Assembly (NCBI GenBank): GCA_049325495.1
Contig: JBMOKV010000435.1
Location: forward strand, 12,124 to 76,123
Source of the DNA: Candidatus Rifleibacteriota bacterium
GTDB lineage: Bacteria > Muiribacteriota > Ozemobacteria > Ozemobacterales > Ozemobacteraceae
Reading direction: 5' to 3'
DNA length: 64,000 bases
How positions within the stretch are numbered: the first letter of the stretch is position 1; each line of letters opens with the position of its first letter. The notes under the pieces were generated by a model, which did not search any database, had not been told where the DNA came from, and worked only from the letters and a program-made list of their open reading frames with translations. Made by a program: the position numbers and the translations under genes. Shown one piece after another: positions 9,153 through 18,631 of the stretch.

Positions 9153-9785
9153 TCAGCGCAAATTTTCAAATGAAACATTGAGAAGCCGGAACTTTTTCCA
9201 GTCCTGGAAATCGAAATGCCACCATTCGCTGTTGATTGTGGTGAAACCATATTTTTTCATGGCATTCTGCAATGTCTCAAGATTTTTCTGAATGGATGCA
9301 GGCAGTTTCTGGCCGTAAGATCTCGCTTTGGGGCCAAACTCGTCGTATTTGCTCGGCATCTCTATTTCTTTCAGGTCGGCGTCGACCAGAGTAATATCGA
9401 CTGAAGCTCCACGATTATGCCGCGATCCACTGGTCGGGGGGGCAACGAAAGACGGATCGGGTTTGATTTTCCAGAGAATCGACTGAACCGCCAGGGGCCG
9501 GTAAGCGTCGAGTATTTTTACCCGGAAGCCCTGTTCTCGCAGGTCCGCAGCAACGCTGGCAAGTGCCTTGGCGGCTGGTTCTACGAGATAGGCTTCGTTG
9601 GCCGAATAAAGAACCTGTCCGACGAAATTGTCGGCGGTCGCGTAGGGAAGCTCGATGAGTGCATCGGGAATCAGCTGCCTGAGATTGACCAGGCCGGTAT
9701 TGTCAGAAGCTTTGATTGAGCAGTTTCCTGTAATCATAATGATCAGCGCCAGAAAAAAAGCCAAACCTTTTCTGTGCATTTTCAT
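9153..9785 (-). CDS. ddpX: secreted D-alanyl-D-alanine dipeptidase (M15D, VanX/DdpX family)
   Basis: Signal peptide present. VanX motifs SRHNRGASVD and EWWHFD. Confidence 0.75.
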   Translation of the reverse strand: MKMHRKGLAFFLALIIMITGNCSIKASDNTGLVNLRQLIPDALIELPYATADNFVGQVLYSANEAYLVEPAAKALASVAADLREQGFRVKILDAYRPLAVQSILWKIKPDPSFVAPPTSGSRHNRGASVDITLVDADLKEIEMPSKYDEFGPKARSYGQKLPASIQKNLETLQNAMKKYGFTTINSEWWHFDFQDWKKFRLLNVSFENLR

Positions 9786-9865
9786 CCTCGCAAAATCAGA
9801 TAAACCATTTTATCACTTCTGCAACGAATGTGACAGCGTACCTGATGCGTTACGCACCGCATGGT

Positions 9866-9894
9866 TTGACAGGTGGAGGGCGATGCTCTATACT
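9866..9894 (+). promoter_or_regulatory. sigma70-type promoter for asnB
   Basis: TTGACA, then 17 nt, then TATACT. It lies about 60 nt upstream of the asnB start codon. Confidence 0.5.
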
Positions 9895-9956
9895 CGTGCG
9901 GTCGTAAACATGTCTGCCCCACCGGGGAAATCAACTAGAGAAAAGGGTTATCGCCG

Positions 9957-11621
9957 ATGTGCTCAATTTTTGCAATTCTGAATATCAAGTCTGATGCAGC
10001 TGCGCTGCGCAAAACCGCCCTTGAAATGTCCAGGAAGCTTCGCCACCGGGGCCCCGACTGGTCGGGAATCTACAGTTCAGACCGCGCCATTCTCGCCCAC
10101 GAGCGCCTTTCGATCGTTGACCCCGGCAATGGTGCCCAGCCTCTCTATAACCCTGAAAAGACCCATGTTCTCGCGGTTAATGGCGAAATTTATAACCATA
10201 AAGATCTTGAAAAAAAGCTTAAAGTCGATTTTCAATTTCAGACCGGCTCAGATTGCGAAGTTCTGCTTGCGCTCTACAAAGAAAAAGGCCCCGCTTTTCT
10301 CGATGATCTCAATGGCATTTTCGCTTTTGTGCTTTATGACGCAGAAAAAGAATGCTGGCTGATTGGCCGCGACCACATCGGCATCATTCCACTTTATACC
10401 GGCCGCGATGAGCATGGCAACCTCTATGTCGCTTCAGAAATGAAGGCCCTGGTGCCCTGTTGCAAGACTATCGAAGAATTTCCCCCCGGCCATTACCATT
10501 TCAGCAAAGATGGCCAGATCACCCGCTATTACCACCGTGACTGGGAAAAATATGAAGCTGTCGAAAAAAAAGCGAGCAGCATCGATGAGCTGCATCAGGC
10601 TCTTGAAGCCGCGGTTAAACGCCAGTTGATGTGCGACGTGCCTTACGGCGTACTGCTGTCTGGCGGCCTCGATTCTTCAGTTATTTCAGCGATCACCAAA
10701 AAGTATGCGGCGCGCCGCATCGAAAACGACGACCAGACCGAAGCCTGGTGGCCACAGCTGCACTCATTTGCCATTGGCCTGAAAGGCTCGCCTGATCTTG
10801 CTGCCGCCAAAAAAGTGGCCGATGACCTAAAAACCATTCATCATCAGATTCACTTCACAGTTCAGGAAGGGCTCGACGCCCTCAGAGACGTGATCTATCA
10901 CATCGAAACCTACGACGTCACCACCATTCGCGCTTCGACTCCCATGTATCTCATGGCCCGCTACATTCGCGCAATGGGCATTAAAATGGTGCTTTCCGGC
11001 GAGGGTTCCGATGAAATTTTCGGCGGTTATCTCTATTTTCACAAAGCTCCCAGTGCCCGCGAATTCCATGAGGAAACGGTTCGCAAGCTTTTTGCCCTGC
11101 ACTTCTACGACTGCCTGCGCGCTAACAAGTCAATGGCCGCCTGGGGCGTGGAAGGCCGCGTGCCCTTCCTTGACAAGGAATTCATGGATGTGGCGATGCG
11201 CCTGAACCCGGTTGACAAGATGTGCGGCAACGGCAAGATCGAGAAGAAGATGCTGCGCCAGGCTTTTGAATCCATGCTGCCCCACGAAGTTGCCTGGAGA
11301 CAGAAGGAACAATTCTCCGATGGCGTCGGCTATTCCTGGATCGATAGCCTCAGAGCCCATGTTGAAAAAGAAGTCTCTGACCAGATGTTCGAAGCTGCGG
11401 CTTATCGTTTTCCCATCAATACTCCGCTTACCAAAGAAGCCTATTATTATCGTTCGATTTTTGAAGAGCATTTCCCCGGTGAACAGGCCGCCCGATGCGT
11501 GCCTTACTGGAAATCGGTGGCCTGCTCGACCCCGACTGCACTCGAATGGGATGCCAAGTTCAAGGAAATGGCCGACCCATCAGGGCGTGCGGTAAAGGAT
11601 GTGCACCAGCAGGGTTACTGA
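9957..11621 (+). CDS. asnB: asparagine synthetase B (glutamine-hydrolysing)
   Basis: 554 aa. N-terminal MCSIF...RHRGPDWSGI...HERLSIVD...THVLAVNGEIYNH...FQTGSDCEV is nearly co-linear with E. coli AsnB. The SGGLDSS PP-loop is present. Confidence 0.95.
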   Translation: MCSIFAILNIKSDAAALRKTALEMSRKLRHRGPDWSGIYSSDRAILAHERLSIVDPGNGAQPLYNPEKTHVLAVNGEIYNHKDLEKKLKVDFQFQTGSDCEVLLALYKEKGPAFLDDLNGIFAFVLYDAEKECWLIGRDHIGIIPLYTGRDEHGNLYVASEMKALVPCCKTIEEFPPGHYHFSKDGQITRYYHRDWEKYEAVEKKASSIDELHQALEAAVKRQLMCDVPYGVLLSGGLDSSVISAITKKYAARRIENDDQTEAWWPQLHSFAIGLKGSPDLAAAKKVADDLKTIHHQIHFTVQEGLDALRDVIYHIETYDVTTIRASTPMYLMARYIRAMGIKMVLSGEGSDEIFGGYLYFHKAPSAREFHEETVRKLFALHFYDCLRANKSMAAWGVEGRVPFLDKEFMDVAMRLNPVDKMCGNGKIEKKMLRQAFESMLPHEVAWRQKEQFSDGVGYSWIDSLRAHVEKEVSDQMFEAAAYRFPINTPLTKEAYYYRSIFEEHFPGEQAARCVPYWKSVACSTPTALEWDAKFKEMADPSGRAVKDVHQQGY

Positions 11622-11635
11622 AATTTCTGTTGCCT

Positions 11636-11764
11636 TTTACGGTCATTTAGCTCGTCGAAATGACCGGCTAAGCAGGCTCACAGGTCGCTTCGACCCGCAA
11701 GGCGGGCTCAGCGACCGTCGGCATTTACGGTCATTGAGCTCGTCGAAATGACCGGCTCAGCACC
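11636..11764. repeat. two copies of a ~41-bp palindromic element flanking a GC-rich hairpin, downstream of asnB
   Basis: TTTACGGTCATT(T/G)AGCTCGTCGAAATGACCGGCT(A/C)AGCA occurs at about 11636 and about 11722. Each copy carries an 8-bp inverted repeat GGTCATTT/AAATGACC. The spacer between them has the nested hairpin GGTCGC...CCCGCAAGGCGGG...GCGACC. Confidence 0.6.
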
Positions 11765-11881
11765 TTAAGGCTGGCTGATCAAATGAAAAAGATCACAGAA
11801 AAAATATTCGCAGGGGTCGGCCTCCGCGCCGACCCGCTTCAAATATCGATATTGCCAACGAAAAAAAGGTATTGGTATGAG

Positions 11882-13213
11882 TCAGTTTCCGGTAACGGTT
11901 TCTGCAGCCATCGTATCGGGAAAAACCATAATGTCGTCGGCAGAACCGGCTTTCATGTCGTGGCCGGAGCTTTGCAGTCTGACCGGCTCAGATGCAAAAT
12001 ACAACTGCTGGTCGTTAAAAACATCTTTGCCAAATGTCTGTTTAAAAAAATCATTCAATTGAACTATCGTGTCGGGGTAAATCATGTGGCGTTCACGATA
12101 GGCTTCAAGGGCAAGCATGGTGCGGCAGCCTTCGATCTGCTGGCGCTCGATCCAGTGTTTGTCGATCAGTTGACGAAAATCAGGTATATCGTTGAGAAGA
12201 CATTTTATTGCGATATTCATGGGCTGCGACTGAAAATCGATAATGGTCATCATCAGGGTGCTGCTGACCGCAATTCTTTTGAATTCATGTTCTCTGATTT
12301 CCATGTTTTTAATCAGCATGGCAGAAGCCGAGGCATATGAAACATCGGCAACATCGAGGAATTCAGTAAAAATACGGTCAAATGCTATTTTGAAATGGGG
12401 CACCAGTTCCTTGAGATTCTTTTCGTATTTGGAATGTTTACCTGAAGAATCAGCAAGGCCTGCGCCACGAAACCATCCGGCGAAATTGCTGAGCCGGTCG
12501 CGATACTGCTGCAGAACAGCTTTTACCGGAACCAGACGTTCCTGGGTCTGCTTCAGCTGTTCGAGAAGTACGCTGGCCTGATATTCACTCAAATCAGTAA
12601 GGTAGCACACCAGATTAATGTCTTTGCAGACTTCTGTCAGTTCAACGCCAGTCTGCAGACGTGCTGCAAGGTCAAAAAACATTCCCTGAGTCGGTCTTGC
12701 GGCTTCAATAACCTGAATCAGGGCCGCCTGCAGGCAGGAAACGGCATCGTCGTTCTGGTGCCTGGAAGCATGCAGAATCGCTTTCAATGATAGATAGCGG
12801 GCATACTTCAGTCCAAGTCTGACGGCAGGGAAAGAATCGTAAAGAAAAAGGTCTGGCTTAGGAGTGATATCGATTGCGGTGAAAGGCTTTTTACCTTGGT
12901 CGAGCAGATCGTTTACCGTTTCTTTTCCGATCAGATTGTCGAGTTCTATCTCCTGGCCCAGAATGCGCTCGAATTCAGCAGGCCCGCGATAGTCGCGGAT
13001 GATTTGACCAGGCAGCGCCAGCTGTTTTTCCGATGGTTTGAAATTCGCAAGATAAGGCGGTAAGGCCGCACTGGCTGAGGCATTGCCGGGCAGGCTGCGG
13101 TTCTGCTGGTAGAAAGTGGTTGCTTCAAGCAGGCCGTTGACGCGAAGCTGCAGCATCAGCAGCGGAATGACGATCAATGCGACAATGATGATGATGGTAC
13201 GAAGTTGTTTCAT
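11882..13213 (-). CDS. hypothetical membrane-anchored protein
   Basis: 443-aa ORF. N-terminal TM helix (IIIIVALIVIPLLML). No recognisable motif. An overlapping plus-strand ORF is rejected as an artefact. Confidence 0.55.
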   Translation of the reverse strand: MKQLRTIIIIVALIVIPLLMLQLRVNGLLEATTFYQQNRSLPGNASASAALPPYLANFKPSEKQLALPGQIIRDYRGPAEFERILGQEIELDNLIGKETVNDLLDQGKKPFTAIDITPKPDLFLYDSFPAVRLGLKYARYLSLKAILHASRHQNDDAVSCLQAALIQVIEAARPTQGMFFDLAARLQTGVELTEVCKDINLVCYLTDLSEYQASVLLEQLKQTQERLVPVKAVLQQYRDRLSNFAGWFRGAGLADSSGKHSKYEKNLKELVPHFKIAFDRIFTEFLDVADVSYASASAMLIKNMEIREHEFKRIAVSSTLMMTIIDFQSQPMNIAIKCLLNDIPDFRQLIDKHWIERQQIEGCRTMLALEAYRERHMIYPDTIVQLNDFFKQTFGKDVFNDQQLYFASEPVRLQSSGHDMKAGSADDIMVFPDTMAAETVTGN

Positions 13214-13406
13214 TTTGCCTTCCTTATTTCTGGCACCGGAAATTCTTGTAGAATTCTACACCGCTGCCGAAAAATTTTCAGCGGATTGACAAAAAAATGG
13301 CATGAGATTAAACGATAAATCGTTAAAGTAGCTTCAAAAGCAGGTTTGTGATGTGGTACGGAATTTGCTGAAGGATTGCCAGTTAAAAATTCATGGAGGG
13401 AAAAAA

Positions 13407-13787
13407 ATGCTTAAAAGTTTAAAATATTTTCTGCTGATTCTACTTGTGGTTCTTTCAGTTCCCGCTTTTGCCTTCAACGGTGGTGAGCTTTCAAAAGCCA
13501 TGAATACCGCCGCTTATGCCGGTGAATATTTGAATCATCTGATGCATCCAGGTATGCCCAAACCCTGGACCAACCCCATGTATCTGCAGATGAGTAACAA
13601 GCTCAGCGATTCCTGGAAAACCATTAAAACCGAAATCGCCACCATCGAAACCGAAAAAGAAATCGAAGATTGCCGCGCCATCGTTGAAAGCTTCAAACAG
13701 AGTTCAGGCACCTATCGTGATCTTGGCTATCAGGTTGAAATCTCGCTCAACGAAAGAGTTAAATTTCTCGAAGCTCATCAGAACTGA
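13407..13787 (+). CDS. small secreted protein
   Basis: Signal peptide MLKSLKYFLLILLVVLSVPAFA. GGAGGG RBS before the internal Met. A terminator follows. Confidence 0.55.
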   Translation: MLKSLKYFLLILLVVLSVPAFAFNGGELSKAMNTAAYAGEYLNHLMHPGMPKPWTNPMYLQMSNKLSDSWKTIKTEIATIETEKEIEDCRAIVESFKQSSGTYRDLGYQVEISLNERVKFLEAHQN

Positions 13788-13843
13788 AATTTTGCCGTAA
13801 CTTCTCAGGTTCTTCAATCAAGACCTGTTAAACCATAGATTCA

Positions 13844-13889
13844 ATCGCCCGACCCGCCGACAAGGCAAAGGTCGGGCGATTGTTTTTTG
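13844..13889 (+). terminator. rho-independent terminator
   Basis: Hairpin ATCGCCCGACC...GGTCGGGCGAT, followed by TTGTTTTTTG. Confidence 0.7.
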
Positions 13890-13949
13890 CTCGGTCCAAC
13901 TCTGTTCTGTTCATTAACCCTCAATCTGTGCTATAAAAATGGCGCAGTT

Positions 13950-15071
13950 ATGACAGAGAAAAAGAAAATAGCGGTACTGGCGTCTTCGAAATCATTCCTT
14001 GATTCGCGCATGCATTTTCTGCAGCGCCTGATCCGGGCTGGTCACGAAGTTTTCTGCGCTGTTCCCGACCAGTTGCCGGCTAACCCGCTGCTCGAAAATG
14101 GCGTGGCTTTTTTCAGTGTGCCTTTGCAAAAATGCGGCCTTAACCCTTTTGCCGATCTGCTGTTTCTGCTGCGTTTAAAAACTTTGTTCAAGGCTCAGCG
14201 CCCCGACATGTTGATTGCCTACACGATCAAACCGGTAATTTACGGCTGTCTGGCGGCCCGTATGGCGAAAATTTCTGAAGTGAATTCGGTGATTGCGGGA
14301 TTGGGATATGCTTTCATCAACCAGTCGCTGCGCCAGAAAATTGCCGGCTTTTTCGCTACCCACCTTTATCGATGCGCATTACACGATAATCGCCATGTTT
14401 TCTTTCAAAACCCCGATGATCAGGCTGATTTTTTAAAGCTCGACATTGTCAAACCCGGGCAGTGTCATCTGGTAAACGGTTCGGGGGTCGATCTCGAATA
14501 TTTTGCCTTTACCCCGCCACCGGCCGGCGAAAAAATCAGTTTTATTTTTATTTCGCGCCTGCTCAGGGAAAAGGGCATACTCGAGTTTCTCGCTGCCGCC
14601 GAGTCGCTGCGCCGCCGCCATTCCCGGGTCGAATTCAGACTGCTCGGCCCGTCAGAACCAGGCCCTTCCGGATTTTCGGAAGAAGAGATGCGTCGCCGCT
14701 GTGTCGATGCGGGTGTTGAATTTTGCGGCAGAACCGATGATGTGCGCCCCTTTATACAGCAGTGCAGTGTCTTCGTGCTGCCCACCTGGTACCGCGAAGG
14801 AGTTCCACGCATTATTCTCGAAGCTCTCGCAGTAGGGCGGGCGATAATCACCACCGATTCGCCCGGGTGCCGTGAAACACTGAAAGATGGACTTAATGGG
14901 CTTTTTGTACCATCCCGTGATGTGGCCGGGCTTGAAAAAGCCATGGAAAAATTCATCTTGAACCCTGGGTTGGTAACGCAGATGGGCCTTGAGAGCCGAC
15001 GAATGGCCGAAGAACGCTTCGATGTCCACCAGGTGAATGAACAGATGCTGCAGCAACTAGGGTTGTTGTAA
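13950..15071 (+). CDS. glycosyltransferase family 1 (GT4-type)
   Basis: The C-terminal motif EGVPRIILEALAVGRAIITTDSPGCRETLKDGLNGLFVP is a classic GT1 nucleotide-sugar binding motif. The start was chosen at MTEKKKIAVL, which sits after the upstream terminator. Confidence 0.8.
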   Translation: MTEKKKIAVLASSKSFLDSRMHFLQRLIRAGHEVFCAVPDQLPANPLLENGVAFFSVPLQKCGLNPFADLLFLLRLKTLFKAQRPDMLIAYTIKPVIYGCLAARMAKISEVNSVIAGLGYAFINQSLRQKIAGFFATHLYRCALHDNRHVFFQNPDDQADFLKLDIVKPGQCHLVNGSGVDLEYFAFTPPPAGEKISFIFISRLLREKGILEFLAAAESLRRRHSRVEFRLLGPSEPGPSGFSEEEMRRRCVDAGVEFCGRTDDVRPFIQQCSVFVLPTWYREGVPRIILEALAVGRAIITTDSPGCRETLKDGLNGLFVPSRDVAGLEKAMEKFILNPGLVTQMGLESRRMAEERFDVHQVNEQMLQQLGLL

Positions 15072-15108
15072 AATGTCTTGATTAAAACAGGTTCAGGAGT
15101 GACCCCGA

Positions 15109-15993
15109 ATGCATGAAAAGAATTTGAGTTTTGCAGAGCTTGTCCAGACCGGACGACGTTACCCTGTCTGGGCCCTGGTCTGTCTGCTTTTTGCGGTAGT
15201 GATCGAGGTGTTTTTTCTGGTTTACCCGCCCAGGGGTTATATTGCCGATGACATCATTCTTTTCGCCAGTGTCAGGGGTCAGCCGCTGATCTCGGTGCAG
15301 AACCTCTGGGAAGACGTTTTCAACGATGACCGCCTGATGCTTGATGTGCTTGAAAAGTCAGGAATCAAGCCGGTTACCGACAAGGTTGAAGCCCTTGAAT
15401 TTCTCAACGACAATGTGCGGAAAAACCTGCGGTTTTCGGTGCTGAATGAAGTTTTGTATAGAATCAGTTTTATTCAGCCGGGAAAAAAGGATCTGCGACC
15501 TTTCTTGAACACCTATTCCGATCGGTTTCTGCAGGAAGCCACGATTTTATGCGACGATGAGCTGAACAAGCGTCGGCAGCGTGTTGGCGTTCAGTTCGAG
15601 CAGTTGCGTCGTCGCAACCTGCTGATTCACCGGCTTTTTGCACCAATGACTCTGCTGCAGGATCTTACGCCGGGAGACGAAGGCTTCGTTGGTGAACTCG
15701 ACCCCGCAAAAGAGAATTCGTTTCTGGGAAAGCTTGGAACCCTTATAATTAATGAACTAAACCGCGAATTATTCTCGGCCAGAGTGCATTTGTTGACCCA
15801 CACTGACCTGAACCAGAAGATTCTTTCGTTATTTCCTTTTTCAACCATGCGTCTTACAGACCCGGCAACACCCCCGCGCCCGGTGCAGCCGTATCTGCCG
15901 GTTTTCTATCTGTTCATTCCAGTCGCTTTTCTGTTGTTTTATCTGGCTGGTCTGATCTATCTTCACCCCGCCAGCCGCCCGGAAAAGAACTGA
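15109..15993 (+). CDS. hypothetical membrane protein
   Basis: 294-aa ORF. N- and C-terminal hydrophobic helices. Lies in a glycan-synthesis context. Confidence 0.5.
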   Translation: MHEKNLSFAELVQTGRRYPVWALVCLLFAVVIEVFFLVYPPRGYIADDIILFASVRGQPLISVQNLWEDVFNDDRLMLDVLEKSGIKPVTDKVEALEFLNDNVRKNLRFSVLNEVLYRISFIQPGKKDLRPFLNTYSDRFLQEATILCDDELNKRRQRVGVQFEQLRRRNLLIHRLFAPMTLLQDLTPGDEGFVGELDPAKENSFLGKLGTLIINELNRELFSARVHLLTHTDLNQKILSLFPFSTMRLTDPATPPRPVQPYLPVFYLFIPVAFLLFYLAGLIYLHPASRPEKN

Positions 15994-15997
15994 TACG

Positions 15998-17176
15998 ATG
16001 CAGAGAGCCATGCAAAGGCCGTTGCCGGCTGCTCTGGTGTATTATCTGGCCGCATTCCCCATCGCCTTTGGAATTGTGGGAAAAAGCTTCATTTTTGCCG
16101 ATTTGTTCATCATTTTTCTCATCATTTCGCGCTTTGTAAATCTTTTGTTTAAAAAATCCATTGGATTATTTGATGTTGATTCTTTGCTGGTTGCCTTTTG
16201 CGGGGCCGCATTGCTGGGAAGAAACAACCTGGCTTATCCTGGTGCTTTTGCTTTTGAACTTGCCTCAGTAATTTTTCTTTACATTGGCTCCCGGCTGATC
16301 GCTGATGAAATTGCCGAACAATCGAGATTCTCCCGGTTTTTGAAAATTCTTGGCAGAATGTTTCATGTTTTTCTTTATTTTTCATCGGCAGTCATTCTTC
16401 TGCACATGGTCGGGGTTCCTGAGTTAACCGGTTTCTTCTATTCAGTTCATGACAATTACAAGGGTTTTTTCAATTTTACCAATCAGCTGGCAATTTTTCT
16501 CATATGCCTTGCGCCTCTGGCAATGATTGATAACAGTGAATCTTATCTTCGTCGATTTCTCAGTTATGGCGCCCTGTTTCTCGTCATGTCATCTACCGCG
16601 GCCCGCAGCGGTTTCTGGATCGCGATTGGCCAGGTGTGTCTCATCGAAATGTTTTACCCGCAGAGGCGTTCACGAACCCGGATTCTACTGAGTCTCGCAA
16701 CTATTGCCTGTATTGTTGCACTGGTAATTTCTGTAATGGCAACCGATGAGGGAATGCAGCGCAGCCTGGGCAGTCTTGAATACGCGCCTCTTTCTTTTGA
16801 CAAACCAAGGGTTCAGAACTTTCGCGAGGCTTTCAATTCTTCTGCCGACTGGGTGCGAGGTTATGGCCTTGGCTGCTTTGACCAGGTGCATGTGCATGAG
16901 GTTCATAACACCCCGTTTTCGCTGCTGGTAGAGACCGGTCTGGCCGGTTTTGTTTTTTCTGGTCTGCTTTTTCTGCTGACCGCAATTCGTTTTTACAGGG
17001 CTGAGACGCCTGAAGACATGCCGCTGCTGAAAAAGGCTCTGTATATTTCATGGGCAGGAATCATGGCTACCGGCATGTTTCATTACCTGCTGCGTAATCG
17101 TTCGTGCTGGCTGGTTTTCGCGCTTACACTTGTTCTCATTTATTACAGCAGGCCACGGGAGCAAAACGGTGGCTGA
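15998..17176 (+). CDS. O-antigen ligase/polymerase-like membrane protein (Wzy_C family)
   Basis: About 10 TM helices. A conserved loop H-NTPFSLLVETGLAGF resembles the Wzy_C (WaaL/Wzy) signature. Confidence 0.55.
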   Translation: MQRAMQRPLPAALVYYLAAFPIAFGIVGKSFIFADLFIIFLIISRFVNLLFKKSIGLFDVDSLLVAFCGAALLGRNNLAYPGAFAFELASVIFLYIGSRLIADEIAEQSRFSRFLKILGRMFHVFLYFSSAVILLHMVGVPELTGFFYSVHDNYKGFFNFTNQLAIFLICLAPLAMIDNSESYLRRFLSYGALFLVMSSTAARSGFWIAIGQVCLIEMFYPQRRSRTRILLSLATIACIVALVISVMATDEGMQRSLGSLEYAPLSFDKPRVQNFREAFNSSADWVRGYGLGCFDQVHVHEVHNTPFSLLVETGLAGFVFSGLLFLLTAIRFYRAETPEDMPLLKKALYISWAGIMATGMFHYLLRNRSCWLVFALTLVLIYYSRPREQNGG

Positions 17177-17858
17177 ATTCGTTAAAAACCACGGCAAAAA
17201 TTGCGCAAAAGACTGGGAAAGATTGAAGTATTTTTATCAGCTGAGTCTGAAATCAGGCTTGTTTGTTTTTCCTGCGCCAGTGAAAACTGAGGGCGAACTG
17301 ATATACTATGAGAGAATTTCAGATTTGATCAGCCTGACTGATTTTATTTCTTTGGAAAATTATGATAAAGTGTGCGCTGCTCTTGGCCGCGTGCTTGCTG
17401 CTGTTCATGCTGACCGCCGGCAAGGCAGAAGGGTGAGCTTGCATGGTGATTTTGGTCTGGTTAATATTGGCTGGTCAAAAGAGCGTAATCTGCCCATAAT
17501 TTTTGACCCGATCGCAGCCGAATTCTGCTGGTATGATAATTATCTCGGAGATAGATATTTTGACCTTGGGCAGCTCATCAGCACGATTTTTACCACGGCC
17601 TGCTATTATCGCATATTGAAAAAGTCACAGAAACTTCCTGTTTTGCTTATAAAACAGATTGTTCAATTCTATGAAAATTCTGCAGGTTTAAAAATTGATT
17701 TAAAACGACTGGAAAAGTTCGCCATGCGTCTTCATCGGCTGCATTTTCGATTTATGCTCAAAAAAAGATGGGGCAGTTTGAAGTTTTTCGGGTTACCCTT
17801 GACCTTGATTCTGCGAAATGAAATGAGGCGTGCGTTTAAATGTCTGATTATCGTCTGA
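17130..17858 (+). CDS. kinase-like protein (possible LPS-core sugar kinase / protein-kinase-like fold)
   Basis: The motif SLHGDFGLVNIGW resembles the HGDxxxxN catalytic loop of APH/Kdo-type kinases. The true start is probably downstream of the 47-bp overlap with the ligase gene. Confidence 0.4.
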   Translation: MFSFITAGHGSKTVAEFVKNHGKNCAKDWERLKYFYQLSLKSGLFVFPAPVKTEGELIYYERISDLISLTDFISLENYDKVCAALGRVLAAVHADRRQGRRVSLHGDFGLVNIGWSKERNLPIIFDPIAAEFCWYDNYLGDRYFDLGQLISTIFTTACYYRILKKSQKLPVLLIKQIVQFYENSAGLKIDLKRLEKFAMRLHRLHFRFMLKKRWGSLKFFGLPLTLILRNEMRRAFKCLIIV

Positions 17859-18595
17859 GTCATCAGTCATCAGGTCGGGGTGATCTGTACGATCAGCGCT
17901 TTGTGCAAAACCGCACCGCATTTTACTGGCAGGAATTTGAAAAGCCTTTTCTCGAAATTTTTTTTGCGGATCTGTCATTGCCGGATGATGCAAAAGTTCT
18001 CGATTTCGCCTGCGGTACCGGAAGAATCACCAACCTGCTTAACCGCAGGTTTGCTTCGATAACTGCAATAGATGTCTCGGCGGCTATGCTCGAGCAGGCC
18101 CGCCGGTCATTATCTTCGGTCAACTTCATGCAGCTGGACCTGACCCGGGAAAATGCAGATTTGCCTAAATTTGACCTGATAACGGCTTTTCGCTTTTTTC
18201 TGAATGCTCAGCCTGAATTGCGCCACGAAGCATTGCGGGCGCTGGTTAGCCTGCTTAAACCCCATGGAATTATGATCGTGAACAATCATCGCCGAAAAAG
18301 TTCCTTAAATGGTTTTTTGACCTGGTTTTGCCGCTGCCTTAATCTTTGTAAGCGAAACTGCCTGAGTGATGAAGAGTTTGAGGCGTTGCTCGTAAAGCAT
18401 GGCCTGGTTGCGCAAAAGATTTTTTCCTTTTCCCTGATTCCGGGGTTTCATGCCTTTCCCCCGGTTAGTCGCCCGCTTTGGCTCAGGCTTGAAAAAATGG
18501 CCGAACGGGCTGGCTGGTTCAATCAAATGTATGAACAAACGATTTATTTGTGCAGGAAAAAGCATAATAATTTCACGGCCGCTGAGCCCGTTTAA
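17840..18595 (+). CDS. class I SAM-dependent methyltransferase
   Basis: Motif I VLDFACGTGRIT. Motif II region LKPHGIMIV. Confidence 0.75.
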   Translation: MSDYRLSHQSSGRGDLYDQRFVQNRTAFYWQEFEKPFLEIFFADLSLPDDAKVLDFACGTGRITNLLNRRFASITAIDVSAAMLEQARRSLSSVNFMQLDLTRENADLPKFDLITAFRFFLNAQPELRHEALRALVSLLKPHGIMIVNNHRRKSSLNGFLTWFCRCLNLCKRNCLSDEEFEALLVKHGLVAQKIFSFSLIPGFHAFPPVSRPLWLRLEKMAERAGWFNQMYEQTIYLCRKKHNNFTAAEPV

Positions 18596-18631
18596 CGGGT
18601 CGAAGCGACCGGGATACACCGGAAATATTCA

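Noticed and set aside
11636-11764. CRISPR array
   Set aside because: Only two repeat copies, with a structured rather than variable spacer. No cas genes anywhere in the window.
11783-12340. 185-aa plus-strand ORF
   Set aside because: Overlaps the longer minus-strand 443-aa ORF, which has a convincing N-terminal TM anchor. The plus ORF begins inside the palindromic repeat region. It was judged less likely, but neither ORF has strong functional evidence.
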